Source: Escherichia coli
GTDB lineage: Bacteria > Pseudomonadota > Gammaproteobacteria > Enterobacterales > Enterobacteriaceae
Length of the DNA: 64,000 nt
Reading direction: 5' to 3' (one strand)
Assembly: GCF_013315695.1 (NCBI RefSeq)
Contig: NZ_CP054356.1
Under the pieces are notes generated by a model, which did no database searches, had not been told where the DNA came from, and saw only the letters and a list, made by a program, of their open reading frames with translations. How positions within the stretch are numbered: position 1 is the stretch's first letter; the number at the start of each line of letters is the position of its first letter. This document shows positions 1-12,132 of the stretch, piece after piece. The position numbers were made by a program, and so were the translations under genes.

Positions 1-858
1 GTGACTGATCTTCACCAAACGTATTACCGCCAGGTAAAGAACCCGAATCCGGTGTTTACACCCCGTGAAGGTGCAGGAACGCTGAAGTTCTGCGAAAAAC
101 TGATGGAAAAGGCGGTGGGCTTCACTTCCCGTTTTGATTTCGCCATTCATGTGGCGCATGCCCGTTCGCGTGGTCTGCGTCGACGCATGCCACCAGTGCT
201 GCGTCGACGGGCTATTGATGCGCTCCTGCAGGGGCTGTGTTTCCACTATGACCCGCTGGCCAACCGCGTCCAGTGCTCCATCACCACGCTGGCCATTGAG
301 TGCGGACTGGCGACGGAGTCTGCTGCCGGAAAACTCTCCATCACCCGTGCCACCCGGGCCCTGACGTTCCTGTCAGAGCTGGGACTGATTACCTACCAGA
401 CGGAATATGACCCGCTTATCGGGTGCTACATTCCGACCGATATCACGTTCACATCTGCACTGTTTGCTGCCCTCGATGTATCAGAGGAGGCAGTGGCCGC
501 CGCGCGCCGCAGCCGTGTGGTATGGGAAAACAAACAACGCAAAAAGCAGGGGCTGGATACCCTGGGCATGGATGAACTGATAGCGAAAGCCTGGCGTTTT
601 GTTCGTGAGCGTTTTCGCAGTTATCAGACAGAGCTTAAGTCCCGGGGAATAAAGCGTGCCCGTGCGCGTCGTGATGCGGACAGGGAACGTCAGGATATTG
701 TCACCCTGGTGAAACGGCAGCTGACGCGCGAAATCGCGGAAGGGCGCTTCACTGCCAATCGTGAGGCGGTAAAACGCGAAGTTGAGCGTCGTGTGAAGGA
801 GCGCATGATTCTGTCACGTAACCGCAATTACAGCCGGCTGGCCACCGCTTCCCCCTGA
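1..858 (+). CDS. repA1: IncFII replication initiator RepA1 (285 aa, GTG start at window base 1)
   Basis: Translation [37 protein letters not shown]... matches the recalled R100/NR1 RepA1 along its length; upstream copA/repA2 lie outside the window. Confidence 0.9.
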   Translation: MTDLHQTYYRQVKNPNPVFTPREGAGTLKFCEKLMEKAVGFTSRFDFAIHVAHARSRGLRRRMPPVLRRRAIDALLQGLCFHYDPLANRVQCSITTLAIECGLATESAAGKLSITRATRALTFLSELGLITYQTEYDPLIGCYIPTDITFTSALFAALDVSEEAVAAARRSRVVWENKQRKKQGLDTLGMDELIAKAWRFVRERFRSYQTELKSRGIKRARARRDADRERQDIVTLVKRQLTREIAEGRFTANREAVKREVERRVKERMILSRNRNYSRLATASP

Positions 859-949
859 AAGTGACCTCCTCAGAATAATCCGGCCTGCGCCGGAGGAATC
901 CGCACGTCTGAAGCCCGCCAGTACAGAAAAAAACAGCACCACATACAAA

Positions 950-1250
950 AAACAACCTCATCATCCACTTTCAGATGCATCCGGTTCTCTCTGTTTTTGA
1001 TACAAAACACGCCTCACAGACGGGGAATTTTGCTTATCCACATTAAACTGCAAGGGACTTCCCCATAAGGTTACAACCGTTCATGTCATAAAGCGCCATC
1101 CGCCAGCGTTACAGGGTGCAATGTATCTTTTAAACACCTGTTTATATCTCCTTTAAACTACTTAATTACATTCATTTAAAAAGAAAACCTGTTCACTGCC
1201 TGTCCTGTGGACAGACAGATATGCACCTCCCACCGCAAGCGGCGGGCCCC
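950..1250. other. oriR: oriR, IncFII vegetative origin region (approximate bounds), with DnaA box TTATCCACA at 1034-1042
   Basis: Consensus DnaA box seen just downstream of repA1 with an AT-rich stretch, the expected position of the IncFII origin. Boundaries not determined. Confidence 0.45.
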
Positions 1251-1577
1251 AACCGGAGCCATTTTAGTTACAACACTCAAATACAAGCACCGGGAAAACC
1301 CCAGTCCAGCGCAGAACTGAAACCACAAAGCCCCTCCTCATAACTGAAAAGCGGCCCCGCCCCGGCCCGAAGGGCCGGAACAGAGTCGCTTTTAATTATG
1401 AATGTTGTAACTATACTCCGTCATCGCTGTCAGTGTTCTGGCTGGAAGTCCTCAGTACACGCTCGTAAGCGGCCCTGACGGCCCGCTAACGCGGAGATAC
1501 GCCCCGACTTCGGGTAAACCCTCGTCGGGACCACTCCGACCGCGCACAGAAGCTCTCTCATGGCTGAAAACAGGTAT

Positions 1578-1700
1578 GGTCTGGCAGGGCAAGGGATGGG
1601 TAAGGTGAAATCTATCAATCAGTACCGGCTGACGCCGGGCTTCGGCGGTTTTACTCCGGTATCACATGTAACCACAGCGTGCCGCCTTCCATGCCGCTGG
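1578..1700. repeat. Imperfect direct repeat, copy A (matches 17983-18068; 3' end also matches 36845-36880)
   Basis: Shared blocks tggtctggcagggc...gggtaaggtgaaa...tcaatcagtaccggct.acgccgg...gtgccgccttccat read directly in both copies; copy A carries a 7-bp stem hairpin atgccgc-tggc-gcggcat. Confidence 0.5.
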
Positions 1701-1926
1701 CGCGGCATAAGCATATGTTGGTGGCTGTGTCTGAAAGGTTATATACTCTGCATAAAACCTGACAACACGCAGATTGCCAGGCAAATGAGCATTATGCATC
1801 CGGTTATCGCCTGCCTGTGAAACAATATCACCGGGGCGAATATCGATACTCTGACTCGTTATACCCATGCGTGTGGCATCAAAAAACCTGCAATTGCCCT
1901 TTATTGAATGAAAGGGGGAGTCAATT

Positions 1927-2190
1927 ATGAATAGCACCACACATTACGAAAACGCCAATTTCCTGCGCGAGCTGGCCGAAAGCCTGCCTCGTATTTTTCC
2001 AGAAGGCAGTACAGACAAGTCTGCACTATTGCAACGCCTCGCTAATGAAGAACTGGCACGGGCGGAATACGACGAACAGATCCGAGCGAAAGTTGCCGCT
2101 GCCCGCGCCGATAAGCGGCCGGGAATGAGTTCCGCGCAACTGCGCCAGCAACTACAGGGACGTTATCAGGAACTGCGCAATGAGTTATGA
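1927..2190 (+). CDS. Putative type II antitoxin (ParD/RelB-like), 87 aa
   Basis: Small ORF immediately upstream of and overlapping by 11 nt a ParE/RelE-like ORF; RBS-like gggggag upstream. Family assignment is by context only. Confidence 0.5.
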   Translation: MNSTTHYENANFLRELAESLPRIFPEGSTDKSALLQRLANEELARAEYDEQIRAKVAAARADKRPGMSSAQLRQQLQGRYQELRNEL

Positions 2191-2479
2191 AATAGAATGG
2201 CGACCAGGTGCGATTGAGGATATAACGGCGTTGTTTGAATATCTGGTCGAGAATGCATCTCTTTGGGATGCAAGGAACGTGACAGAGCGTCTGATCACTG
2301 CAACCGATCGCCTGGCTGATTACCCCAGGCTGTATGAAACGGATGAACGCTATGGTGAAGGGGTTCGCCGTATTAGCTTACTTGGACAGCATGTACTTTA
2401 TGAAGTGAATGATGAGGCCAGTCGTGTCAATATCCTGGCGGTTGTAGGCCAGCGTCAGAATCCCCGATTCATTCTTTGA
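2180..2479 (+). CDS. Putative type II toxin, ParE/RelE family, 99 aa
   Basis: About 100 aa with size and sequence features typical of ParE/RelE toxins, overlapping the upstream antitoxin; sits where F-like plasmids carry pem/vag-type TA loci. Confidence 0.6.
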   Translation: MSYEIEWRPGAIEDITALFEYLVENASLWDARNVTERLITATDRLADYPRLYETDERYGEGVRRISLLGQHVLYEVNDEASRVNILAVVGQRQNPRFIL

Positions 2480-2514
2480 GTGTCCGGCTTGGAACTCCAT
2501 CTTCAGAGAATCGA

Positions 2515-2948
2515 TCAACGTTCTTTAGCTCCTTCCACTAACAGCCGACCTATCTCAAACACCGCAGCTGACCGTCCCGACTTCACCGCTTCGGCTTTCT
2601 GTCCCTCAACAAACCAGTTATTACCGTCCGTTCGGACCAACTCAAACATCCATGACATATCGTAAACGTGTTCCGGGATCAGCGACCCTTCTCCGGCCAG
2701 AATACCCGCCGTTATGGAGTGGTTGCCCCCGTGCACAAAGCCAATACGCCAGGGCAACCACAGGTCAACATAGTGGTTGTTTTTATCTTGCTTCCACGGC
2801 TTCCCCTTATGGGTTCCAATGCGTGAAACGTTATCGATATAGCGTGGTAGGCTCCAAGGCCACGGCAGCACTATGTCGCTTGCCAGCGACAACGGATAAT
2901 CAGCGCCGTTCATCTCACACTCTTTCATCTTTTCGTAAGATTGTATTT
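2515..2948 (-). pseudogene. 3' portion of an unknown gene interrupted by the Tn5403-like insertion (5' portion at 6829-7060)
   Basis: After removing 2949-6828 (element plus one TATTT copy) the minus-strand frame runs continuously from a GTG start at 7060 to the stop at 2515, about 221 aa; hand-translated junction ...KGLTQIQSYEKMKECEMNG.... Confidence 0.55.
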
Positions 2949-2981
2949 GGGCTCCGTTTGGGAAACGGAAAATATTGTACG

Positions 2982-5969
2982 TTAAGGCTGTTTTTTGTAC
3001 TGACTGACATCAACTGCTCGCAAAGGACGATACTTCCCTTCAGCCAGCTTCTTATTGTTTTTCCAGATATAGTCCCCTGTCAGATTAATGTGCTCCCAGC
3101 CCAGCGGAGACAAATGTGACAACAATTGCTCATTAATATGTAGCCCTTTCTTTTTCAGCAGGTTAATGGCGTTTTCTATATATACGGTATTCCACAAAGT
3201 GATTGCGGCAGTGAGCAGCGTAAGCCCACTGGCGCGGTAACTCTGGTTTTCAATACCACGATCCCTTATTTCTCCCAGACGATGCATGAAGACAGCTCTG
3301 GCAAGGGCATTCCGGGCTTCCCCTTTGTTCAGACCTGCCTGAACCCTACGACGAAGCGCCGGATCGCGGAACCAGTCCAGCATGAACAGTGTTCGCTCAA
3401 TACGACCAATTTCTCTTAACGCCTTAGCAAGGCCATTCTGTTTCGGATAACTGGTCAATTTTTTCAGCATCAGAGAAGCGGTCACTGTTCCCTGTTTTAT
3501 TGAGGTCGCCAGTCTCAGAATTTCATTCCAGTGTATTTTTATCTCTTTGATATTCAGGGGGGTTGTGGAGATAATTGACTGTAGAGCAGGATAGTTATCA
3601 GCTTTACCTTGAATAAACAAACGTTTGTCATGCAGATCCCGGATCCTTGGGGCAAAAGCGAATCCCAGCAGATGCATTAGTGCAAAAACATGCTCCGTGA
3701 AACCTGCTGTATCGGTGTAATGTTCCGTTATATCAAGGTCACTTTCGTGATACAGAAGACCATCAAGTACGTGGGTGGAATCACGAACACGACTGATTAC
3801 TTTGGTATAAAACGGACTATATTGATCTGAGATATGCGTATAAAACTGCACCCCAGGTTCCTGACCGTACTTCAAATTAACCTGACCGGCATAGCGCCCA
3901 TGACTGCCAACCCTAAAATTCTGGCCGTCAGAGGATGAGGTGGAACCGTCTCCCCATAATGCCGCCAGCGGTCGTGACTTCTGGGCATTAACCAGTTCTG
4001 CCAGTGCAGCAGAGTACGTTTCATCACGGATGTACCATGCTTGTATGTTTTCCAGCGAAGCTCGTGTGGTTCCCGGACAGGACTCTGCCATTTTTTCCAA
4101 CCCTAGATTGATGCCGTCCGCCAGGATAGTGGTTAGTAGTAAACGATTATCCTGAGGACGGATTAGCGGATTCTTAAGATGAGTAAAATGTCGCGAGAAG
4201 GCAGTCCATCGCTCGACTTCATCAAGTATCTCTGTAATTTTGGGGTGCGGTAGCATGTTGTAAATCAGGTCGGCCAGGGGAGAGACTGTTGAAGGAACGC
4301 TGTTATCCAGTGGGGTGATCTTTACACCTTTATCTGAAATATCCACATCAGGAAGCTCCCCTGCGACAGCCATTGCGTTAACTTCCTCCAGACGGGAGGC
4401 CAGTAGAGTCAGTCTGGCATTAAGATAAGCCCCGCATTCTGTGCCAACAGGTAAATTTAATAGGTTATTATTTAATAACTTTTCGAAATCATCGTTAGGC
4501 ATAAGATAATCATCAAAGTTTTTGTAGCGCCGGGAGCCCCTGACCCAGATATCACCCGCCCGCAGCGCCCCCTTTAGCTCATTCATTGCGCAAATTTCAT
4601 AGTATTGTCGGTCAATGCCTGAGGGGGTGACCACCATCTTTCTCCAGCTCTCAGGAATGAAATCCAGTGGTGCCGATGCAGGAACCTTTCGTAGCTGTTT
4701 ACGGTACATATCACGAATAGTTTCAAGGGCATCATTAAGCGGCAACGCTGCCGAAGTGGCTCTCAGTTGCAGGGCCGATAGAAAACGAAAAGAATATTTG
4801 CGCAATGTACTGAATTTTTCGGTAATAAGATGAAGCGGCTCAAAATTATCCTTACGTGCAAGAAGCTTTGTTTCCTCCAGACTGGCGACAAAATCGTCCC
4901 ACGGTAACACTCGTTCAATAGCAGACAGAGGATCTTCGCCTGCATTGCGTGCATCCAGGATAGCCTGGCCAACAGAAACATACTGACGTAACTTTTGCTG
5001 TATCAACTTGCCCGTTTTCTGAAGACGCTCAGCCTGCTGATGTTTTGCCCGACTGAACATGCTGCCTAGAATACGTTCATGCAGTTCTATAATTTCATCA
5101 ATGATTGTGGCTCTGGCCTCAGTCAGTACACAGACCATCGTTGCGTATCGACGAGCAGGGGAAAAATCAGCCAGATCGCGACTGCTCATTTTGCGGCCCT
5201 CACGCGCGAGTTTCAGCAATCGGTTCTGGTGAACGGTTCTCTCCACTCCTTCCGGCAGCGCCAGAGCTTCAATAGCGTTAAGGCGGTCAATGTGTTGCAG
5301 GACATTCTTTCCATTGATTTTCCCTGGAGGTTGAAGCAGCCACGTCAAACGGGATATTTGTTTTTCATTTGTCACCAACAGGGCATCAAGCGCAGATTTA
5401 TGCGTGATATCAAGGTGCGCATTCAGCGTTGTATACACCGTTTTATCACCCAGTGTCATTGCTTCTGCACAGGTACGTTCCAGAACATCAATGCCTGGAA
5501 TAATAATTCGCTGTTGATGCAGGTACTTTAGTAACTCCTCTGCGATAAGTATGCCTCTGTCCGTTCTGGTAGACAGAGGGAGCAGATGCCGGATACATTC
5601 TTTCTGAAGTGCACCGTTAAAGGCTTTCAGTTCAAGATATCGATAAAGTTCCCTCATATGCTCACGTCTGGTGGTATCACGACCGGAAACGTATTCCTGC
5701 CAAAGTTCTGCTGATAACTTAAGTCGAGCGCCAATGGTTTTTAGCAATTTTGCGGGTGGGGATGATTTTTTATCCGGGGCAAACCCAATACTTTTCAGAT
5801 AACAGAGAAGAACGGCAAAACCAAACCGGCTGGCAGGTTTACGGTGAGCATTGATAATTGCCAGATCCTGCTCACTGAAATACGTCATTCGAGTCAGTGT
5901 TAACTCATCGTCTGGCAATGCCAGTAATGATTCTCTTTCCGATAGAGAAAGAATCTGCCTCCTTGCCAT
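2982..5969 (-). CDS. tnpA: Tn3-family transposase TnpA, 995 aa, intact
   Basis: Uninterrupted 995-aa ORF with Tn3-family transposase length and organisation, distinct in sequence from the Tn2/Tn3 TnpA at 9012-12017. Confidence 0.9.
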   Translation of the reverse strand: MARRQILSLSERESLLALPDDELTLTRMTYFSEQDLAIINAHRKPASRFGFAVLLCYLKSIGFAPDKKSSPPAKLLKTIGARLKLSAELWQEYVSGRDTTRREHMRELYRYLELKAFNGALQKECIRHLLPLSTRTDRGILIAEELLKYLHQQRIIIPGIDVLERTCAEAMTLGDKTVYTTLNAHLDITHKSALDALLVTNEKQISRLTWLLQPPGKINGKNVLQHIDRLNAIEALALPEGVERTVHQNRLLKLAREGRKMSSRDLADFSPARRYATMVCVLTEARATIIDEIIELHERILGSMFSRAKHQQAERLQKTGKLIQQKLRQYVSVGQAILDARNAGEDPLSAIERVLPWDDFVASLEETKLLARKDNFEPLHLITEKFSTLRKYSFRFLSALQLRATSAALPLNDALETIRDMYRKQLRKVPASAPLDFIPESWRKMVVTPSGIDRQYYEICAMNELKGALRAGDIWVRGSRRYKNFDDYLMPNDDFEKLLNNNLLNLPVGTECGAYLNARLTLLASRLEEVNAMAVAGELPDVDISDKGVKITPLDNSVPSTVSPLADLIYNMLPHPKITEILDEVERWTAFSRHFTHLKNPLIRPQDNRLLLTTILADGINLGLEKMAESCPGTTRASLENIQAWYIRDETYSAALAELVNAQKSRPLAALWGDGSTSSSDGQNFRVGSHGRYAGQVNLKYGQEPGVQFYTHISDQYSPFYTKVISRVRDSTHVLDGLLYHESDLDITEHYTDTAGFTEHVFALMHLLGFAFAPRIRDLHDKRLFIQGKADNYPALQSIISTTPLNIKEIKIHWNEILRLATSIKQGTVTASLMLKKLTSYPKQNGLAKALREIGRIERTLFMLDWFRDPALRRRVQAGLNKGEARNALARAVFMHRLGEIRDRGIENQSYRASGLTLLTAAITLWNTVYIENAINLLKKKGLHINEQLLSHLSPLGWEHINLTGDYIWKNNKKLAEGKYRPLRAVDVSQYKKQP

Positions 5970-6135
5970 ATAGTTATCCTTGTTAATTATTTAGTACGTT
6001 ATTTTTGATGAAAAGGTTATTGCATAAGGGTACACCCTGATGCGAGATATAAAATGTGACCTCATACAAATAATGACATAACCTATATGCGATAGAATAT
6101 ATGCAACAACCTAAATGCGACAATGCGGTGAAAAA
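5970..6135. promoter_or_regulatory. Putative res site and divergent promoters between tnpA and tnpR of the Tn5403-like element
   Basis: Intergenic position between divergently transcribed tnpA and tnpR, as in other Tn3-family elements; subsites not mapped. Confidence 0.35.
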
Positions 6136-6777
6136 ATGTTCATCAGAGCTTATTTAAGGGCGTCAACAGAAGATCAGTTTGCAGATCGAGCAAAAGAGAT
6201 GCTGGAACAGTTCGTCCAAGAACGGGGGCATAAAATTGCCAGTTATTATCGGGAGAACATAAGCGGTACAAAACTTGACCGTCCGGAACTGAAACGCTTA
6301 CTGATGGACAGTCACCGTAATGATATTTTGCTGGTCGAGCAGATAGACCGCCTGACCCGACTGAGTAACAGCGACTGGATAACGCTGAAAAAGCAGATAG
6401 AACAACACGAACTGCGGATTGTCAGTCTGGATGTTCCAACATCATGGCAAGCCCTGTCAGATAAAGATCCTTCACAATCAGATCCGATTACCCGCGCAGT
6501 GATAACTGCAATAAATAATATGCTTATAGACCTGATGGCCGCGATGTCGCATAAGGACTGGCTGAGTCGTCGCCAACGCCAAAAACAGGGAATTGAACGA
6601 GCTCATACGTTGGGTAAATACCGGGGAAAACAGGCCGATCAGGAACGTCATCAGAAAGTGTTGTACTACAGACAAGTAAAAAAACTCAGCATTAGAGAAA
6701 CAGCAGATGCAACGGGCTACAGCACTTCGCAGGTTTGTCGCATTCAGGCTCTCTATAAAGAGGTTAAACCTGATTAA
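6136..6777 (+). CDS. tnpR: Serine recombinase resolvase TnpR, about 213 aa
   Basis: N-terminal FIRAYLRASTEDQ motif with the catalytic serine region and a C-terminal HTH; start chosen at the internal ATG at 6136. Confidence 0.85.
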   Translation: MFIRAYLRASTEDQFADRAKEMLEQFVQERGHKIASYYRENISGTKLDRPELKRLLMDSHRNDILLVEQIDRLTRLSNSDWITLKKQIEQHELRIVSLDVPTSWQALSDKDPSQSDPITRAVITAINNMLIDLMAAMSHKDWLSRRQRQKQGIERAHTLGKYRGKQADQERHQKVLYYRQVKKLSIRETADATGYSTSQVCRIQALYKEVKPD

Positions 6778-6828
6778 AAAACAGCCTTAACGTACAATAT
6801 TTTCCGTTTCCCAAACGGAGCCCTATTT

Positions 6829-7060
6829 GGGTAAGTCCCTTAAAGAAGAACTCCTGCGGGGTCATATCCGGGCGGGCATCTGTTCCCTCCTCAGCTACCG
6901 CCAGCAAGAAATCACTCTGTACTGGCCGCACGATAGCGCGAATGAGATCTGGTAGCGCCTTAACGGGTAGTTTCTCTGCCACAGAAAGCAGATGATTGAA
7001 GCGTTTTTTTTCATTGGCTATAGTTGCTTTATCTTTCTTGTTTCGGTTCCAGAACATCAC
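6829..7060 (-). pseudogene. 5' portion of the unknown gene interrupted by the Tn5403-like insertion (continues at 2948)
   Basis: GTG start at 7060 with a GGAGGG Shine-Dalgarno about 9 nt upstream on the minus strand; reading frame enters the transposon IR at 6828. Confidence 0.55.
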
Positions 7061-7247
7061 TGTCTGTAGCCCTCCTTATCGTGATCAGGATGATGGTTTT
7101 GGGGTCTGACGCTCAGTGGAACGAAAACTCACGTTAAGGGATTTTGGTCATGAGATTATCAAAAAGGATCTTCACCTAGATCCTTTTAAATTAAAAATGA
7201 AGTTTTAAATCAATCTAAAGTATATATGAGTAAACTTGGTCTGACAG

Positions 7248-8120
<873 letters not shown>

Positions 8121-8290
8121 TCAATATTATTGAAGCATTTACCAGGGTTATTGTCTCATGAGCGGATACATATTTGAATGTATTTAGAAAAATAAACAAA
8201 TAGGGGTTCCGCGCACATTTCCCCGAAAAGTGCCACCTGACGTCTAAGAAACCATTATTATCATGACATTAACCTATAAAAATAGGCGTA

Positions 8291-9011
<721 letters not shown>

Positions 9012-12000
9012 ATGCCCGTTGACTTTCTGACCACTGAGCAGACTGAAAGCTATGGCAGATTCACCGGTGAACCGGATGAGCTTCAGCTGGCACGATATTT
9101 TCACCTTGATGAAGCAGACAAGGAATTTATCGGAAAAAGCAGAGGTGATCACAACCGTCTGGGCATTGCCCTGCAAATTGGATGTGTCCGTTTTCTGGGC
9201 ACCTTCCTCACCGATATGAATCATATTCCTTCCGGCGTCCGGCATTTTACCGCCAGACAGCTCGGGATTCGTGATATCACCGTTCTTGCAGAATACGGTC
9301 AGAGGGAAAATACCCGCCGTGAGCATGCAGCGCTGATACGTCAGCACTATCAGTATCGTGAATTTGCCTGGCCCTGGACATTTCGCCTTACCCGTCTTTT
9401 ATATACCCGGAGCTGGATAAGCAACGAACGTCCTGGCCTGCTTTTCGATCTGGCGACAGGGTGGCTTATGCAACATCGTATTATTCTCCCCGGAGCCACT
9501 ACGCTGACCCGGTTGATTTCAGAGGTAAGGGAAAAGGCGACGTTGCGCCTGTGGAACAAACTGGCACTGATACCGTCAGCCGAACAGCGTTCACAGCTGG
9601 AGATGCTGCTGGGGCCAACTGATTGCAGCCGCCTGTCTTTACTGGAATCACTGAAAAAGGGCCCTGTGACCATCAGTGGTCCGGCGTTTAATGAAGCAAT
9701 TGAACGCTGGAAAACTCTGAACGATTTTGGCCTGCATGCTGAAAACCTGAGTACACTCCCGGCTGTGCGCCTGAAAAATCTCGCACGTTATGCTGGTATG
9801 ACTTCGGTGTTCAATATTGCCAGGATGTCACCGCAGAAAAGGATGGCGGTTCTGGTTGCCTTTGTCCTTGCATGGGAAACGCTGGCGCTGGATGATGCAT
9901 TGGACGTTCTGGACGCCATGCTGGCCGTTATCATCCGTGACGCCAGAAAGATTGGGCAGAAAAAACGGCTCCGCTCGCTGAAGGATCTGGATAAATCTGC
10001 ATTGGCGCTCGCCAGCGCATGTTCGTACCTGCTGAAAGAAGAAACACCGGACGAATCGATTCGTGCTGAGGTGTTCAGCTACATCCCAAGGCAAAAGCTG
10101 GCTGAAATCATCACGCTTGTCCGTGAAATTGCCCGGCCCTCAGACGATAATTTTCATGAAGAAATGGTGGAGCAGTACGGGCGCGTTCGTCGTTTCCTGC
10201 CCCATCTGCTGAATACCGTTAAATTTTCATCCGCACCTGCCGGGGTTACCACTCTGAATGCCTGTGACTACCTCAGCCGGGAGTTCAGCTCATGGCGGCA
10301 GTTTTTTGACGACGCACCAACGGAAATTATCAGTCGGTCATGGAAACGGCTGGTGATTAACAAGGAAAAACATATCACCCGCAGGGGATACACGCTCTGC
10401 TTTCTCAGTAAACTGCAGGATAGTCTGAGGCGGAGGGATGTCTACGTTACCGGCAGTAACCGGTGGGGAGATCCTCGTGCAAGATTACTACAGGGTGCTG
10501 ACTGGCAGGCAAACCGGATTAAGGTTTATCGTTCTTTGGGGCACCCGACAGACCCGCAGGAAGCAATAAAATCTCTGGGTCATCAGCTTGATAGTCGTTA
10601 CAGACAGGTTGCTGCACGTCTTTGCGAAAATGAGGCTGTCGAACTCGATGTTTCTGGCCCGAAGCCCCGGTTGACAATTTCTCCCCTCGCCAGTCTTGAT
10701 GAGCCGGACAGTCTGAAACGACTGAGCAAAATGATCAGTGATCTACTCCCTCCGGTGGATTTAACGGAGTTGCTGCTCGAAATTAACGCCCATACCGGAT
10801 TTGCTGATGAGTTTTTCCATGCTAGTGAAGCCAGTGCCAGAGTTGATGATCTGCCCGTCAGCATCAGCGCCGTGCTGATGGCTGAAGCCTGCAATATCGG
10901 TCTGGAACCACTGATCAGATCAAATGTTCCTGCACTGACCCGACACCGGCTGAACTGGACAAAAGCGAACTATCTGCGGGCTGAAACTATCACCAGCGCT
11001 AATGCCAGACTGGTTGATTTTCAGGCAACGCTGCCACTGGCACAGATATGGGGTGGAGGAGAAGTGGCATCTGCAGATGGAATGCGCTTTGTTACGCCAG
11101 TCAGAACAATCAATGCCGGACCGAACCGCAAATACTTTGGTAATAACAGAGGGATCACCTGGTACAACTTTGTGTCCGATCAGTATTCCGGCTTTCATGG
11201 CATCGTTATACCGGGGACGCTGAGGGACTCTATCTTTGTGCTGGAAGGTCTTCTGGAACAGGAGACCGGGCTGAATCCAACCGAAATTATGACCGATACA
11301 GCAGGTGCCAGCGAACTTGTCTTTGGCCTTTTCTGGCTGCTGGGATACCAGTTTTCTCCACGCCTGGCTGATGCCGGTGCTTCGGTTTTCTGGCGAATGG
11401 ACCATGATGCCGACTATGGCGTGCTGAATGATATTGCCAGAGGGCAATCAGATCCCCGAAAAATAGTCCTTCAGTGGGACGAAATGATCCGGACCGCTGG
11501 CTCCCTGAAGCTGGGCAAAGTACAGGTTTCAGTGCTGGTCCGTTCATTGCTGAAAAGTGAACGTCCTTCCGGACTGACTCAGGCAATCATTGAAGTGGGG
11601 CGCATCAACAAAACGCTGTATCTGCTTAATTATATTGATGATGAAGATTACCGCCGGCGCATTCTGACCCAGCTTAATCGGGGAGAAAGTCGCCATGCCG
11701 TTGCCAGAGCCATCTGTCACGGTCAAAAAGGTGAGATAAGAAAACGATATACCGACGGTCAGGAAGATCAACTGGGCACACTGGGGCTGGTCACTAACGC
11801 CGTCGTGTTATGGAACACTATTTATATGCAGGCAGCCCTGGATCATCTCCGGGCGCAGGGTGAAACACTGAATGATGAAGATATCGCACGCCTCTCCCCG
11901 CTTTGCCACGGACATATCAATATGCTCGGCCATTATTCCTTCACGCTGGCAGAACTGGTGACCAAAGGACATCTGAGACCATTAAAAGAGGCGTCAGAGG

Positions 12001-12017
12001 CAGAAAACGTTGCTTAA
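9012..12017 (+). CDS. tnpA: Tn3-type transposase TnpA, about 1001 aa, intact
   Basis: Translation from MPVDFLTTEQTESYGRFTGEPDELQLARYFHLDEADKEF... matches the recalled Tn3 TnpA; ORF ends just inside the terminal IR. Confidence 0.9.
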   Translation: MPVDFLTTEQTESYGRFTGEPDELQLARYFHLDEADKEFIGKSRGDHNRLGIALQIGCVRFLGTFLTDMNHIPSGVRHFTARQLGIRDITVLAEYGQRENTRREHAALIRQHYQYREFAWPWTFRLTRLLYTRSWISNERPGLLFDLATGWLMQHRIILPGATTLTRLISEVREKATLRLWNKLALIPSAEQRSQLEMLLGPTDCSRLSLLESLKKGPVTISGPAFNEAIERWKTLNDFGLHAENLSTLPAVRLKNLARYAGMTSVFNIARMSPQKRMAVLVAFVLAWETLALDDALDVLDAMLAVIIRDARKIGQKKRLRSLKDLDKSALALASACSYLLKEETPDESIRAEVFSYIPRQKLAEIITLVREIARPSDDNFHEEMVEQYGRVRRFLPHLLNTVKFSSAPAGVTTLNACDYLSREFSSWRQFFDDAPTEIISRSWKRLVINKEKHITRRGYTLCFLSKLQDSLRRRDVYVTGSNRWGDPRARLLQGADWQANRIKVYRSLGHPTDPQEAIKSLGHQLDSRYRQVAARLCENEAVELDVSGPKPRLTISPLASLDEPDSLKRLSKMISDLLPPVDLTELLLEINAHTGFADEFFHASEASARVDDLPVSISAVLMAEACNIGLEPLIRSNVPALTRHRLNWTKANYLRAETITSANARLVDFQATLPLAQIWGGGEVASADGMRFVTPVRTINAGPNRKYFGNNRGITWYNFVSDQYSGFHGIVIPGTLRDSIFVLEGLLEQETGLNPTEIMTDTAGASELVFGLFWLLGYQFSPRLADAGASVFWRMDHDADYGVLNDIARGQSDPRKIVLQWDEMIRTAGSLKLGKVQVSVLVRSLLKSERPSGLTQAIIEVGRINKTLYLLNYIDDEDYRRRILTQLNRGESRHAVARAICHGQKGEIRKRYTDGQEDQLGTLGLVTNAVVLWNTIYMQAALDHLRAQGETLNDEDIARLSPLCHGHINMLGHYSFTLAELVTKGHLRPLKEASEAENVA

Positions 12018-12132
12018 CGTGAGTTTTCGTTCCACTGAGCGTCAGACCCCGTTTTCATTCTAATGGTGTAGTAGTTTCACGTCACGCGCACGTGCATATT
12101 CTTCGAAAGCTTCGGCGTTAGCCGGTCAACCA

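Larger units (their letters stand above)
2949..6823. mobile_element. Tn3-family transposon, Tn5403-like (tnpA and tnpR only), 3875 bp, flanked by 5-bp TATTT direct repeats at 2944-2948 and 6824-6828
   Basis: About 48-bp terminal inverted repeats GGGCTCCGTTTGGGAAACGGAAAATATTGTACGTTAAGGCTG... at both ends; divergent tnpA/tnpR; identical flanking 5-mers. The name Tn5403 is from recall and not verified. Confidence 0.7.

Noticed and set aside
1352-1400. GC-rich stem (ccggccc-gaa-gggccgg) downstream of oriR as a rho-independent terminator
   Set aside because: The stem is convincing but the T-run is displaced and interrupted on both strands; a terminator call is not secure without transcript data.
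2652-3119. 155-aa plus-strand ORF crossing the transposon terminal inverted repeat
   Set aside because: It reads through the IR and into tnpA antisense; the shared peptide GLRLGNGKYCTLRLFF at both transposon ends comes from the IR, not from a conserved protein.
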